Shown: positions 36,501 through 61,146 of the stretch, piece by piece
Position numbering within the stretch: the first letter of the stretch is position 1
Layout: every line of letters begins with the position of its first letter
From: Paraspadella gotoi
Taxonomy: Eukaryota > Animalia > Chaetognatha
DNA length: 64,000 nucleotides
Direction of reading: 5' to 3'
Assembly: GCA_051294375.1 (NCBI GenBank)
Contig: CM119270.1
Location: forward strand, 15,561,845 to 15,625,844
Notes under the pieces: generated by a model
The model's input: only the letters and a program-made list of their open reading frames with translations
Told to the model about the DNA's origin: nothing
Databases searched by the model: none
Translations under genes and position numbers: made by a program

Positions 36501-39265
36501 TTTCTTCTTTCTTTTCTTTCCTTCTTCTTTCTTTTGGTATTTTATTTTCACTTTCTTATTTTATTTTTCCTTTTACTTTCTTTTCTTCTTTTATTTGTCT
36601 TTTGTTTTCTCTTCTCTTCTCTCCTTTTTAATCTTCGTTTTTTTTCTCTAAGTACCATTTTTTTTATTTTCTTTTTTTATTTTTTGGTTTTCCTCCGCTT
36701 TTTATTATTATTCTCAAAGAAACAAAAAAATGCAACCATAATTCTTTTAATTCTTTGCTTCCCTTTATTTTCCTTTTCATCGCTTCCACTAACTTACCCG
36801 GATAGAGTCTCATGAACCCGTTGCTGCTGCCAAAATACTGCCAGGCAAGTTCTGGGTCTTCCTCTTTGTTCTCCCTCCAGACTCCATCCAATCCCGTCGT
36901 CCAGTTGATGGCCTCCAGAACGCTGGCAATGCGGAAGGGAGGGGGGGGGCGGTCGTAATAGGTAATGCAAAATCACTTTCCCAATTAAAATTCTATGCCG
37001 CCTATTTATTTTCTGACGCATTACCTAATCAGTAATTACTGTTAAGATTAAATTTATATTAAATTACAATACACAATTACAATAACCGTCCGTCCACTCA
37101 CAATTCGTCCTTGGAGTAAACCTCGACGGGGATGTGGACGGCGGAGAGTTCGGGCAAGACTTTCCGACCAAGCGCCGCGTCGTAGGTGGCGTTGGCGAAG
37201 GGATCGTCTTCCTCGTCGTCGTCGTCGTCGTCCATGGACGGTTTCGCCGAGAGGTATTCCACTCGCTTGACGGAGAGGTCGATTGGAAACGTTAAGAATT
37301 TTTAAAACATTTTTGTTTTGTTTGTTTGTTTTTTTGAAATTTTTTTTTTTTTACTCATTTGACCATTCTGTCTTGAAAACACGCTTAACAATTTCATTCG
37401 ATGTAATTGAAACCCCTTAATTTTTACCCCCAACACTACTCGACACAATTCCTCTTTTCCCTGACCTTGTCCTGACCTTGTCCTGACCTTGCCCCACTAC
37501 CCCAATGACCATCTCCTTAACTCTCTTACCCAGTAGCCAACTATCCCCATCCGTTCCTCAGATCTGTCATATAACCATACCCACTGCCTCCCTATTCTTT
37601 CCCCTTCTAACCAAAGGCCTTTCTCCCTGTAATATTACCCTTTTCTCCCTGACCTTCGCCCCTTTAACTTACCCTCCCTTCCTCTCTTCTCGACCCCTCA
37701 CCTTGCTCTTCACACGAACTCACCTCATACTCCTCCGGATGTAACCGAACTTCCTCGTAGTCGAAGTTGAGTTCCAAATCTTTGGCTTTTTCGACTGAGC
37801 GACGCAGGGCGTCCACCTTTCCGCTCACAAGCACCTGGATTATTTCGCAAGGGTCGTTGTTTGATATGTAATATGTATGATAAGTCGTTAAGATGGATAA
37901 ATATGTGTTGAATAAAAAAAAATACTTAGATAGATATAATTTTTTTTTTTTAGTTTCATCTGAAATCCCTGTATAAAATATACAATAAAGCTTAATTATT
38001 TCAAGTTAAAAACTAAAAAAGATTTTAGGGTTAATCGCGTCCGTTATTTATTTTTGAGTCAATTCCTACAAGCAATCAGTTGGAGAACGTTCTTCCTCTC
38101 GTGCTTGATAAAATAAAATGGATCATTTTCAAACAGAAAGCCCAAAAACTGACACTGTCCAGCGTCCAGTGACCGCGCCTAAAAAGATCATACTCGCCTG
38201 AAGGTCTTTTTGCATCGTGGCCAAGAGTTGCTCCCCGTCGACATCCTCCCACTCCAGCTTTCCGTCCTTCGGTCCTTTGTTGTAGGCCTGAGATGGTGGC
38301 GGTGGAGCGGGGGAGAGGGGGGGGGTATAAGATAACGATCGGGATAAGATCGATCATCGTCGATTCCAGTCAATCGGTCAACTCACATTTTTCACAGTTT
38401 CGAAGGAGGAAAACTTTGCGACTTCGTCGACCAAATCTTTGGTGAGGCTATCAGCCCACGTTTTTACTCTGATGGGAAAATAGATTAGGAAAGTAGTAAA
38501 TATTCGGAATTCAAGTTAATTATATACGGAATATTTATATATTAGCATGATAAATTTGGCCATTTGTGCCTTATGAAGATGCAGGACTGTATTATTAACG
38601 AAATGTAAATATCATTTGTTACATAAGATAAGATGATATACACGTCGGTGAAAAAAAAGAGGCCACTTTCTTCCTGCCCTAAAAAACTATTAAATTTCCT
38701 AATAATTTGGCAATTAAGTATTTAATTTTGTATACTCCATTCGATTATAAATACGATCATAAAAATAACTCGGTAACCCTGGTCAATGACTCTTTTATCG
38801 ATGAGGTAAGTACTAAGGTGATTCGTGCGTGATTGCATGGGATGAATTTCCCTCGAGGAATTTTTCTCGCCGATCGACAATCATCTCGTTTTTCTTCCTT
38901 CTCTTCCTCCATCTGCAGATAATCTCTTTTCACCTCCTCTTCCTCTTCTCAATCATCATCATCAACGGTCTGGCAAATTTGCTGAAACGCGTTTTTTCGT
39001 AATTGTACTTTTAAGAACATAACGAAAATGCGGAAATGTGAAAGGATTGTGTAGGGAAAAGTTTAAGTCTCCGCGTGTTGCAACATATTTAACGAAATCT
39101 TATTACTAATATTTATTGTTGAATTAATATTTTCGAGGGCTTTACTTACACGTTGAAGTCTTTAGCGTCTCCCTCTCGTCTCTCGTTGGCCGACTCGACG
39201 CCCAAAAGACCCAAAAACAAGAAATATAACAAAAAATTGCAGATGGAAGAGTTCCCATCGGCCAT
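20625..39265 (-). CDS. CACNA2D: Voltage-dependent calcium channel auxiliary subunit alpha2-delta (CACNA2D family), 28 exons, ~1,090 aa
   Basis: Minus-strand exons: 39150-39265 (ATG, signal peptide [26 protein letters not shown]), 38387-38468 ([12 protein letters not shown]), 38198-38287, 37724-37834, 37102-37265 ([10 protein letters not shown]), 36798-36922 ([36 protein letters not shown]), 36276-36387 ([26 protein letters not shown]), 35831-35964 (TSGS MIDAS), 33239-33385 ([12 protein letters not shown]), 32671-32784 ([12 protein letters not shown]), 32276-32404 (VRVFTYAVG...MACENKGYF), 31391-31474, 30432-30505 ([11 protein letters not shown]), 29543-29635 ([10 protein letters not shown]), 29062-29136 ([18 protein letters not shown]), 28771-28842, 28472-28543, 27538-27731, 26927-27077, 26293-26380 (GGVTRIFP), 25954-26101, 25582-25736 ([11 protein letters not shown]), 25068-25197 (GIFFG...YDFQGTC), 22758-22893 (WWATKAAA), 21726-21865, 21314-21459, 21074-21153, 20625-20737 (FPCG plus hydrophobic GPI-type tail). 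Motif order matches vertebrate alpha2-delta-1 from memory. Several 1-bp indels interrupt the frame in this assembly. Confidence 0.96.
23355..24995. repeat. 71-bp minisatellite, ~23 copies, in alpha2-delta intron 23
   Basis: Unit CTCATACACACTGCCTGATTTTCTAAAAAGACCTCCAGGTTAACGCCCTGCTCCTTCCTCTCCCTGCCTAT; period 70-72 bp (e.g. 23491 to 23562). Confidence 0.97.
31961..32165. other. Assembly gap (~205 N); further gaps of 25 N at 17723-17747 and 18398-18422 and 10 N at 31515-31524
   Basis: N runs in the sequence. Confidence 0.99.
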
Positions 39266-39944
39266 GTTGGCGGACGGCGGGCGGCGACGTCTGGAGCAAG
39301 AGAGAGATAGAGATAGAGCGAGAGCGGGGAAGGGGGGGATAATACCTATCCCTCTGGACCGAGATGCTCTTTTGTCCGTTCAGTTTAGCCGCTCAGAGGA
39401 AAGAAGAGACTGTTGATGGACCACAGCGAGCGCCCGAAGATGCTCTGGTGGTTCAATGGAGAAAACTTTTTTCGAACTTTAAGAACAAAAGGTGTTAGAA
39501 AAGGAGTTTAGTCTCACAAAACATTTTTGTATTAGTATTTGTATTGTATTTTTCTTACAAATAAAAATATAAAATTCTCACAAAACAATACTATATATTT
39601 GTTTTATATAAAAAGCTTTTATTCCTCTAATGAAAACCAAACAATTCTAAACAATATCTGGCCGAACGCGCAGATTTTTTTAAAAGTTAAATACGGGTTT
39701 TTTTTTGGTTTTTCAAAGTGTTTGTAAATAATTGCGTTCAGTTCAAGAGTGGTTTTAAGTTTTTCAGTCAAAAATGTCACCATTGTGTTATATTTCGACT
39801 CTAATGCGTGATATCTATTAGAAAACTATGACAGATTGTAATCTAATCTTGTGTTGTATAGATGCTTCCTCTATTTCCAGAAGACAACACTGACTTGTCC
39901 TTCCCAAATTGAGTTATTAGATATAATGATAAGTAAAAAAATTT

Positions 39945-40037
39945 TAAGAAAATAAGCAATATATATTTGATTAAATAATATAGATTAAAAATAGAAAATA
40001 GTGAAACAAGTAATTTGCAACTTTTCACTAATTTAAA
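39945..40037. mobile_element. AT-rich dispersed repeat, second copy at ~47824-47936
   Basis: Both places share AAGCAATATATATTTGATTAAATAAT...AAAAATAGAAAATAGTGAAACAA.TAATTTGCAA.TTTTCA. Confidence 0.55.
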
Positions 40038-43005
40038 TAGAAATTAATATTTATTTAAAGAAGTATTAAGTTTTTTTTAATAGGAAGAATAGAAAAAAAT
40101 TTGTAGTAACTAAGAGAGATTATCGTGAACGATCATGCGAAATTTTTTTTAACTATTAAATAAAATAAATAGAATCAGGATTTCACCGTCGCTGACTTTT
40201 TTTCCTTAATATGGATTAAGGAAAAACCTCATTGTTTAATCTTCGCTATTTTTTACAAAAGTTAATCGTAATACAAGTTCCCACTTTATAACAAAACTTG
40301 GTACTTTTTCGAATGAATAAAAGGGTACGCTATAATATAGATTTTCTTTAAATTACCAATGTTATCATTGTGGGCCTTATCAATGGTATTGTCTTAGACT
40401 GGTTCCTTGTCATCATCATCATTATCGTTCATTGTCATCATCGTCATCTTTCCACTAAGCTCGCTGGGTGGAACCTTTTCAACGACAGAAATAAACTCAG
40501 GAAATGAAATTCTCGATTTGCATAATTGCATTCGATCGCTTATTGTTCCACCCTCAATTTTATCGACAAAAAAAAAGGGTGGAATCTCCGTTTCATGAGA
40601 CCCGATTTAACGAGATTCCCGTGACAAGTTAACGGTTTTAACGAAGTTTGATTGGTCCAACGACGCGGTCGCTATTTTTCCTTTCGTTTTTTTTTTTCGT
40701 CGATATCACAAAAATTTGTTGTTGTAGCTTGACTTAATATATAGGCTAAAATAAATATTTCACCAGTAACCGGGTATCTTTCTTCATTGTTCAGTGAACA
40801 ATGTTCACTTCTCTACTTTGACATCGAATTTAAAGTGAAACGCGAATTTTTATTTTCTCATCATTTATTGTCTATAGATTCATCTAGCGGTAGATCATGT
40901 GTATAAATTATGACAGATTCCAAGACCACTAAGCAAGCAAACTTCTAAAATCAAATGAATATATTAGAGAGAAAAAAAACTTGATTTTTTTTTCTTCTTC
41001 ATTCTTCACGGTCGCGAAAATCATCACTTGAGCTCGGAATCACAATATTATTGTGAATAAATAAAATCGCTATCGATCAAAACTAAAAATAAAGTTTCGT
41101 GAGGATTTTCCGCGCGTAACTGACGCCAACGATAACATATATAATGTTCTATTTCGCAGTATAAATCATTATCAGCGATATATTTATATTAATATTATTA
41201 ACATTAATATTATTGTTTACTAAGTTCCTTCGATGTTAGTTCTAAGAAAATATAAAGAAACCAGCCTTCTCCATCCTCCTCTCGAATAGTTATCATTCAA
41301 ATCTTTTTTTTTTTTCGAAAAGGCTCGAAATATCGTCAGAGAGATATGATTAAAAAAAAAAATAATGTTATATCTCGCTGGTGCGGTGCGACATGTTCTA
41401 TGTATGAAAATTTTCAAAAATTACATCCAACGAACTTGTTTATAGATGAAATAACAAACCTACTCATTATTAGGAAATTTCGTTCCATTACTCTTTTTTT
41501 TCATAACCAACAAATGTTTCTTTCCCTGGCTTCTATCATTTTGTTTGTTTTACTTTTTCCGTTTGGTTTATAGTATCGGTGGATATCCACCTACAGTATT
41601 GAAAAAAAAATGTAATAATTGTGCTCATAGTCACGGTAATTGTACGATAAATTCGAAGGGGATCCGAATATTAAAATCTAAAGATGTAATCAGTTTATTT
41701 GTTCCAAATTTGTTTAATTTTGTATAAAAAAAATACCAAAAAAGCTATAATTTGTTTTTTTGTTTTTTCTTCTTTTTTTTTTTTTGAAAAAAAAATTCGA
41801 TGAATTCACACGATTCAATTATTGTTTTTGTTAATAATATCAATAATGTTTTTGTTATTATTATTATCATTACCATTAATATTATTTTGCGGTCGATATC
41901 GACTTACGCATGTCATCGCGAAATTCGATAAAAAATGGCATTAAGGTAGTAATAAATATCGAACGCGTCGAAGATAAACTTGAAAAAGAAATGGAACCAA
42001 AAAAAAAGGAGAGAAAAATGGCTAATTTATGAAATAATACGCTATGAGGCACACAACAATTTTGTTTTGTTTTGTTTTTTTTGTTCAGAATTTAGTCGAA
42101 AGAACGAGAGGTTCTTTTTGAGTCAACAACCGAGAGAAGGGGGTTTTGGGGGGGGAAGGGAGAGTGGGCGTTTGTGAGGGGGTGGGAAGGGAAAGGGGTG
42201 GGAAGGAGAGGGGGGAATTTGTGGATGGGGGTGGGGGAGGAAAGAGGATGAGGGGAGATGGAGAGATAATTTATTGGCGATCGTAATTGAATGGCAGATA
42301 TTTTTCTTCGGTGGGTGGAAAGGGATGGGCGGAAAATTCGGGCCGGGGGGTTTCTAGTTTGGATGGCAGATATCCATACGTCCTCTATTTTTTTTGGCTT
42401 TTTTTTTTTTTGTTCCAAGTTCGAGACCCACGAACCGACTTTAGTCTTTGGTTTAATTTCAACGACGTTTCAAGTAAGGCATTCAGGGTTTGGACACAGT
42501 ATAATCGAAATAAAACGATGAACAAATTACATTTAAGATGAGCGGATGATTGATTTTTTTTTTTTTTTTTTTTATTTTTTTTTTTGTTATGAAATTCCGA
42601 AATATTCAACTATACTCGATTCGACCCTTTGTTATTTTCGAAGCCTTTTTTTATAAGTTTATTTCGTTTTGAAAATGTGGAAGGAAATTTTAATCCGGTT
42701 CTCATCTTTTTTCTTTAATTAGAAGCGAACATAATTTTTGTTCTTTTGTTCTTGAGCACCGATGTTTTTTTTTTTATATATGCACGCCTGTCGAGTCAAC
42801 GTCAACGGAAAATATATCGCATTCAGCGTCGGGCGTTTGAGACGAAATTTTTTGAGACACGTTTACGGAGGACAGAAAATGATGGCCGCGGTTGAATTCA
42901 GTGCACTGTAGTTCTGACTGATCGAACCGAGTCTTGAGCCTCGTCAAATTGTTATTCCACGATTTCGATTCCATTCTTCGTTCCGTCTTCCAATCTTCGT
43001 CGGCT

Positions 43006-54041
<11,036 letters not shown>

Positions 54042-57000
54042 CTTACTGTCAATCTCGCTCCCTCCCCCCACTCTCTTCTCATCCGCTCTATCTCCGCTCT
54101 CCCTGCCTGCGCACGACGCCCGCAGCCGAGGCCGCGTCCGGCCGCCCCTGCGCGAGGTGAACCGCCCGCCCCGTCCTTGCTCGACGAAGTGGGAATCGCC
54201 AACGCGACGCCTTTTGATGGAGGAAGAGAGGGTGAGGGGGGGTGGGGGGGTGGGATGGGGGATGGGGGACGGGGGAGGTGGAGGAAAGAAGGAATGAAGA
54301 AGAGAGACGAGAGGAAAATAAAAAAAAGAGTACGAGTAAGATAAGAGGAAAGAGAAGAAGATAACGAAAAGAAAACGAAAAAAAAAGTTAGTTTGAAAGC
54401 TAGAATACATAATGACGCAATGATCGCCGAACAAACAGACGGACAGAGAAGAACGGACGGATGGACTGACAGACGGACGGATGGCCCGTCAAACAAACCG
54501 ATTGTATTCCCTTAAAAGTTCGTGAAGAAGAATTATTGTCGGTCGGATCGTAAATGGTAGCGACGAAAAAAAAAAAAGTAATTGTTGGTCTCTGTTTCAG
54601 ATTTACTGAATCTGCAATTTGTTTGGTTTCGAAATTCTCGCACTGAGTTTAAAATCCCGCCATTTTTGTTCATCGATGTACGATGACATTTTTCTTTTCT
54701 TTTTTTTTTTTGAACGATTGCGGTGGCAGCTGAAATCCATGTATTTTCAATTCTCTATTTAGCTGAATTACTAACAAATTTGTATTGCCCTGTCAAACCG
54801 TTGTTATAAATAGTTAAAATTTTTTTGGGGGGAAACTAAAACTTTTTATTCAAAATTATTTCAATATATTTATTTCATGAATAACACAACAGTATTTTTT
54901 CCTTTATTTTGTACATTTCAGATTTTATCATACGTTATAATACGTTAGGTTTAATATGACAGACAAATTAGGCCAGAAATCTTTACGACCTAATAGCGCT
55001 AGATTATCTTAAAATAATCTTTAAATTGTAGAAATGTCATCGTGTCATTATGTAGTTAGAAGGTACTAAATATCTTTTCATAAAAGATATATAGATAAAA
55101 TATTTTAACCACAGAATCAATTTAACTTTATTGAAAAAGGGGGCTATTTAAAAAAATTGTAAAGTAGAATTTCTAGATTTGAAAGACTGGTAAACACAAG
55201 AATTATACTAAATTAATTTTTTGAATATATATAAAAAAATTCATTGAGCAATCATTAATTTTGCTTATCACTCACATTTGTAGACATGATTGAGTACACA
55301 TCCGAATGAGCTAATTTAAAATCACGTTTTATTGTAATATATTCTTGTAATGAATGGTATAGATAACACATATTTAATACTGGTTCTTCACAAAAAAATT
55401 GACACGTTCCCTCCAAACTTTTTCAAGATTTGAATCACTTTTTTTAAAAACTATGTGCTAAAAATTAAATTTAGACCATCTTATTGGTTACAAAATCGAT
55501 ACAATAGGATATTTTGAGTATATTAAAATATCTTTACCAGAAAAATGGCTTCATATAAAAACTTTTTTTTTTGTTTTTTTTTTCAATTTCTGTAAAAGTT
55601 GTGTTATTCATTTATATTTCTATCTTTAAAAAAAGTTTTGAATAATTTAATTTAGTTCATTGTGATTTTTAGAAAATTTTAAAAATTAAAAAAGAAATCC
55701 TTACTAAGCCAGCTTTACCATTGATGAAAATTTGTTGAATCGTGGTTACTAGATTTGGAGTAGAAAAGCTGGGTTCTTCCTCCTATGGCTGCTGTTATCG
55801 CTTTTAATGGTGATTAACAGAAAAAAGGTCAATATTTCTGGCCGTCTTTATCTTTTGCTGTATTTTTAAGGTGGCTTTTATCTGATGAGTCAGAGGCTTA
55901 ATACTGATGTTTTTAGCATAATAAATGGGAATTGATGGTTCAGACGTACATTAGACGTTTCACTTAGGGCTTATGTTTCTAAAACTAGTTGAGTAATCGC
56001 TTTTCTTGTCAAAGCTCATACAATATCGATAACAAAACTGCTTCGGGATAAAATGTAAATGGAAGGAAATCAATGTGATTAATGCCTGTTGCATCAAAGT
56101 ACTAAGGATAGCTTAATTGTTAATGATATGGAGATGGAATGGAGTTTAATGAAATTATTTTGAAATTGATTTACTAGAAATAATGTTATAAGTATGTTTT
56201 TATATTTCAATTTATTCAAAAAAACAAGCTGTAGTATGTTTTATTCCATGATGAGACCTCTTTTTTAAATAATTCATAATGAAAAATAGTTCATGAAATT
56301 ACATTCAATTAACATATATTTTTGAGCCATTTTCCCGATTGTTTTTAGTTATTAAATATTAGTATTGATTTAAGCCATTTGTATTGATTTTGTTGGTAAA
56401 CCTGTGTAATAATTGTGATCCAAAAACATGAGCGCCTGAATCAAAACAACGTTACATTTACAGTATGTTTTTGATGATTAACTGAGAATGTTGTTTGATT
56501 CAGGGCACGGAAATATGGACTTATACGACTAAAACAAAAGATTCCTAGAATTCGAAGAGCCTATTATAGCTATCAACTAAAATCTAATGTACTTCTAGGT
56601 CTAATAAATTGACAAATCTAAAAAAAAAATATTTGATTATTTCTATATCCTTAATTTGGATAACAATCGATCCCAGTAACTTTTTTATTAATACTGTAAA
56701 GCAATGATTTTTGTAAAAAATTTGACCTGGGATTGGGATTATTCTTAATGATTGACTAATTCTTGACAGGCTTTAATCAATTTTTTTTACATTATAAATT
56801 CAATTAACTATTGCATGAAAAGCCTTATCAATAAGTATTTGTGGTGTCAAAATCACAAATAACATAAAATAACTGAGCATTAAGAATTAAAGCAACAAGA
56901 AGCCCCGAGCCATAAAACAAGGAAAACATTCAAGCAAAAACTGCTAAAGAGAATCTAATAGAAGATATCATAGCACACAAATATAACAGAACAGGATGAA

Positions 57001-57529
57001 ACAAAGAACTTTTAAAAATATTTAATTATCTCAGAAGATCTAGTTTAGAATGTTGGTAATCAGTAACAATGTGCTACAAAAACAATTACTTTTTATAATT
57101 ACGGTTATGCAAATAAATATACTTTTGATTTGAGCTAAAGTGAATCATTGTTTTTAAATTCTGATAATTTCATATTTTGAACCGCTACTCTAGAGTGAGA
57201 CTAAATATAAACCACAAAGTGAAAAACGTGAAAAAAATAAAAAACACAGAATCAATAAAACAAAAAATGCTATATGTACAATGTGAAAAGACAAAATCTG
57301 TAATTAGCGTCTTTGGAGTATTAAAAAAACTTAAAAAAAAAACAAAAGGCTAATTTACTTAGCAGGTGATATCAGTTGATTATAATATTAATAGTCTTTA
57401 AGCTAAACTTTAACAAAGAGGTCCCATAATGATGAATGGCGATTATGAAAGGATAGATCAAGGTTAAACAATAAATGGGAGACTTTTGAAAATTTAATTT
57501 GGTTTTCAACTCGAATGAAAAGAATGATG

Positions 57530-60500
57530 TCACATGCTGTTTGTGTCATGTTTAGAATCATTGCTTTTTCTTGTAGCTGGCTTTCGGCGATTGTTGCTCT
57601 GCTTCTCGGTTTCATTATCAGTCAGTTGACATTTAGGTCTTTTTGGAGAAGTTAATGAATCCTGCGGAGAAGATGTGTTGCCATTGCGTTGAGCAGGGGC
57701 ATTGACAACAGTGGCAGGAGAAGTTGAATCTTCTGGAGTAAAATCTGGCTGCAAGGGGGGAGGAGGCGGTGGGCCGCGTGAGCTTGATGAAATGGACGGT
57801 TGTGGTTGCATGGAATCGTTTGTCGAAGGCATTGAGCGAAGGTTTGGAGTTATGATAACGGCATTTATTGAAGAAAGCCCATCAGAGGAATGGCCCTCTG
57901 GTGAAACGGACGAATCCTCATTGTTGATAATGATTGGTCGTGGGATATGAAGTGCGTGAGGATCTGGGTGTTGCACTCTACCATGTCTGGGTGTTAAAAA
58001 TGTTTCAGGACCAGGAACTTGTCCTAAGGAGGGTGCCTGAAGCTTTGGCGTTTTTGCTGGCGGTGAAAAATTAGAGCCTATACCAAAGTGAATGTTTTGT
58101 ACAGATTGACTTGTATTCAGTACTTTTTGAGACCTGTTGGAAGGAACTGCAGCTTGAAAACCACGCTGTGGATGATGCTGAATGCAACCTTCAATTACTG
58201 TGGGTTTGTTTAATGGAATACCAAAAAGTGGAATGGCAGTGAATGAAGCTGTCGGTTGAAGAGAGTTGTCTCGAAGTGGATTACGGGGAGGTGGGGTAAA
58301 AGGCATGTTTACTCGATGGTGCTGTTGCTGGAGATTCAAATCTGAACCATTTAAATTAGATACAGAAACTGAAGAAAAATTTTGAGGGTGTTGCTGTGCT
58401 TCTCGTTGGATTTGAGCAATGGAACCTTTGTTCAGTGGAACCCCAGTGAATACTAATTGTTCAAGACTAGACTTAGCAACTTTGATATGTGACGGATGAA
58501 AAAAAATAGGCGTGTCAACGTTGGAAACTGGTACTGTTTTTGACTGCTTTATCTGTTTTGCGTTTTTGGCTGCTGTAACCTTTTTCCCTTTAATTTCATT
58601 TTCAGCCTGATTGCTATTCATTTCATCAGTTCTGCAAAAAAACTGAGAAGATGATGAAGCAAATGCTCCTCTTCCTTTTCCTTCCATTCCATCTATGAAA
58701 GAGCTCGTTGGACCATCAGTTTCTTGAAAATCTCTGATTGTGTGTTTTTGTTCACCGCCACCTTCCTTTTTTTGTAACCTAAAAATGGACTTGGGTTGTT
58801 GCTGCTTGTGATGTTGTTGGACTTTGCCGCGATTTTGATCGACAAAAGTAGCAGCCAGAAAGTGAGACTGTTCTTTTTTCTTTGTTTGGGGTATTGCAGC
58901 CGTTTGCAAAACAACAGGCTGTATTAATGTATTGCCACCTATACCATTATCGCGAAATTGTTTAGAAAATCCTTTTTTCATTCCCTTATTAGCCTCTGAA
59001 TTATTTTCCCCATCCCTTGGATAATTTACCACACCAGAAGAATGAAACATTGTTACATGATTATACCCAGACTGTCTCCCACCACTATCAATTCTATAAG
59101 TTGTCCCAGTCTCTGATGATTGTTCATCAAAGTCAGTGTCACCGTCAGTATAATCAGAGCACGATTGCTGCTGTCTACCCCAATTTCGTCTAAGTCCAAA
59201 TGATCCAAAATAATTTCTTGGATCCGTCACTGCCTTACCTTTGTGTTTTTTGAAGTAATTGCGACGCCACAGTATGAAGAGGCAGATTATAAAAAGCACC
59301 ACCATGATGAGAACGGTAACGATGACACCAATAATAGTGCCCATGCTACTTTTGGCAGCTTTTCCGCAATTTCCTTCCACAGTCAAACTAAACTTTTGCT
59401 CAACACGTCGTTCTCCGAGTTGTGCCTTGCATCGGTAGACACCACCATCAGTTGCCACAACTTTTTTTACAAGCAAAATCCAGGTTCCTTCATTGAGAGA
59501 TGGTGGATTTGTGGGTATCATGGGAATGTACTTCTGAGGACGTATGGATATCCGCCCGACAATGGTATCAAAGATTCCATCGGGAGATTGGCGTTCCCAA
59601 GATATGGGATTTTTCAGGCTACATATGAGTTCAACATCTGTTCCAACTCGAGCGCAAACCTTTTCATCACCGCCATGCGTTAGAATGTTTTCCGTTGAAG
59701 ATGTTATCATCCAATGAGATGGCGGAACATTAGCCCCACCACTGTGGTCGCCACCACTAGCAGTTGCCCCACAAGAAAGAGCCAGCAACAATGGCAGTAA
59801 GATTGAAGATACTGCCAAATGGAGCAGAAGGGGTGAGAATAAGGGGCGCACATAGCGTTTAGAAGGCTTGGCGAGCACTGATGGTGGAAAGTGATAGGGG
59901 GTAGATTTTGGTCGAGATTTTGGGCGAAAATGATGATCCGTTTCGGAGCAATTAAAGTCAACTTCAAAGCAATAGAAATTAGAGCTACACGATTCAGATT
60001 TTATGCAATGAGAGTCAGGTTTGGCTTGAGGATGAGTTTTTAACGTTTCTGAAGTGGAAGGCTCACAGATGCAATCCTTTGCGAGTTTTGGAATAATAGA
60101 AAGGCGCCATTCGAATGTGAAGATGAAATAACAATGCTGGACAAACAAGCTGATGTAATATTGAATGGATGGAATCAAAGACTTTGAGAGTGTAAAGAAT
60201 GGTGATATTGTCGTCAAGCAATCCGTTTCTAAAAGTCTATCGCGGTGATCAATTTTTGAGAATAATTGGCCCCGTACAATTGCGTATTTTGTAATGTTTT
60301 TGGTGAAATTTGTATTATTTTTAGAATTCGGCACAAGTGCTGTCACTAATTGTAGGAATTTTGCTGTTTTTTGATGCGAATCGAATGAATTTTTTTTCAA
60401 AAGATGAACCTTGTTTTCTACTGATTGTTCACTCGTTGGAAGGGTCTGATTGTTACTAACTAGGCAGATAATTTTAAAGGTAAAACCAAAATTGGGTTCT

Positions 60501-61064
60501 GCATAAGAATGCAGACAGTCAAAGTTTATTGAAGGAAATTGTGCTTTGCAGTGATTGTCTTGGCTCCCAACACTCTCTGCCTCTAAAACTGGCAAAAGAC
60601 AGTTGTATATATGATGATTTTCATGTTGAAACTGGCAAAACAAAAATGAAAACAAGAATAACAATAACAATAGTATCAACAATGTTTGCCATGGATTTAT
60701 GACAGTGTTGCAGGTTGGATAATCCAAGGATATTTTTTTCCTAATAAATATCATCACCATGATTTTTGTAGATGGCATAAGCGTATCATGGAATGGGAAT
60801 TTGAGTGGATGTGGGTATGGACTGTATGAATGCTCAAACGCAAACCCACGGTCTGATGGTATATTTTTTTCATTTCCTCGATGGTCCCTTAGTAGCATAT
60901 GCACGTGAATGTAGAGTAACTGCAAAATGCTGACATTGAATCGCGACAATGAGTTGCGAGATGTAAAACAATTTATGCAAATGTATGATTTAAGACACCA
61001 TGTTTGGCAGAAACAGAAGGGTATGTTTGACACTTTTGAAGTTGAGAAGGATGACGACGACAAA

Positions 61065-61105
<41 letters not shown>

Positions 61106-61106
61106 C

Positions 61107-61146
<40 letters not shown>

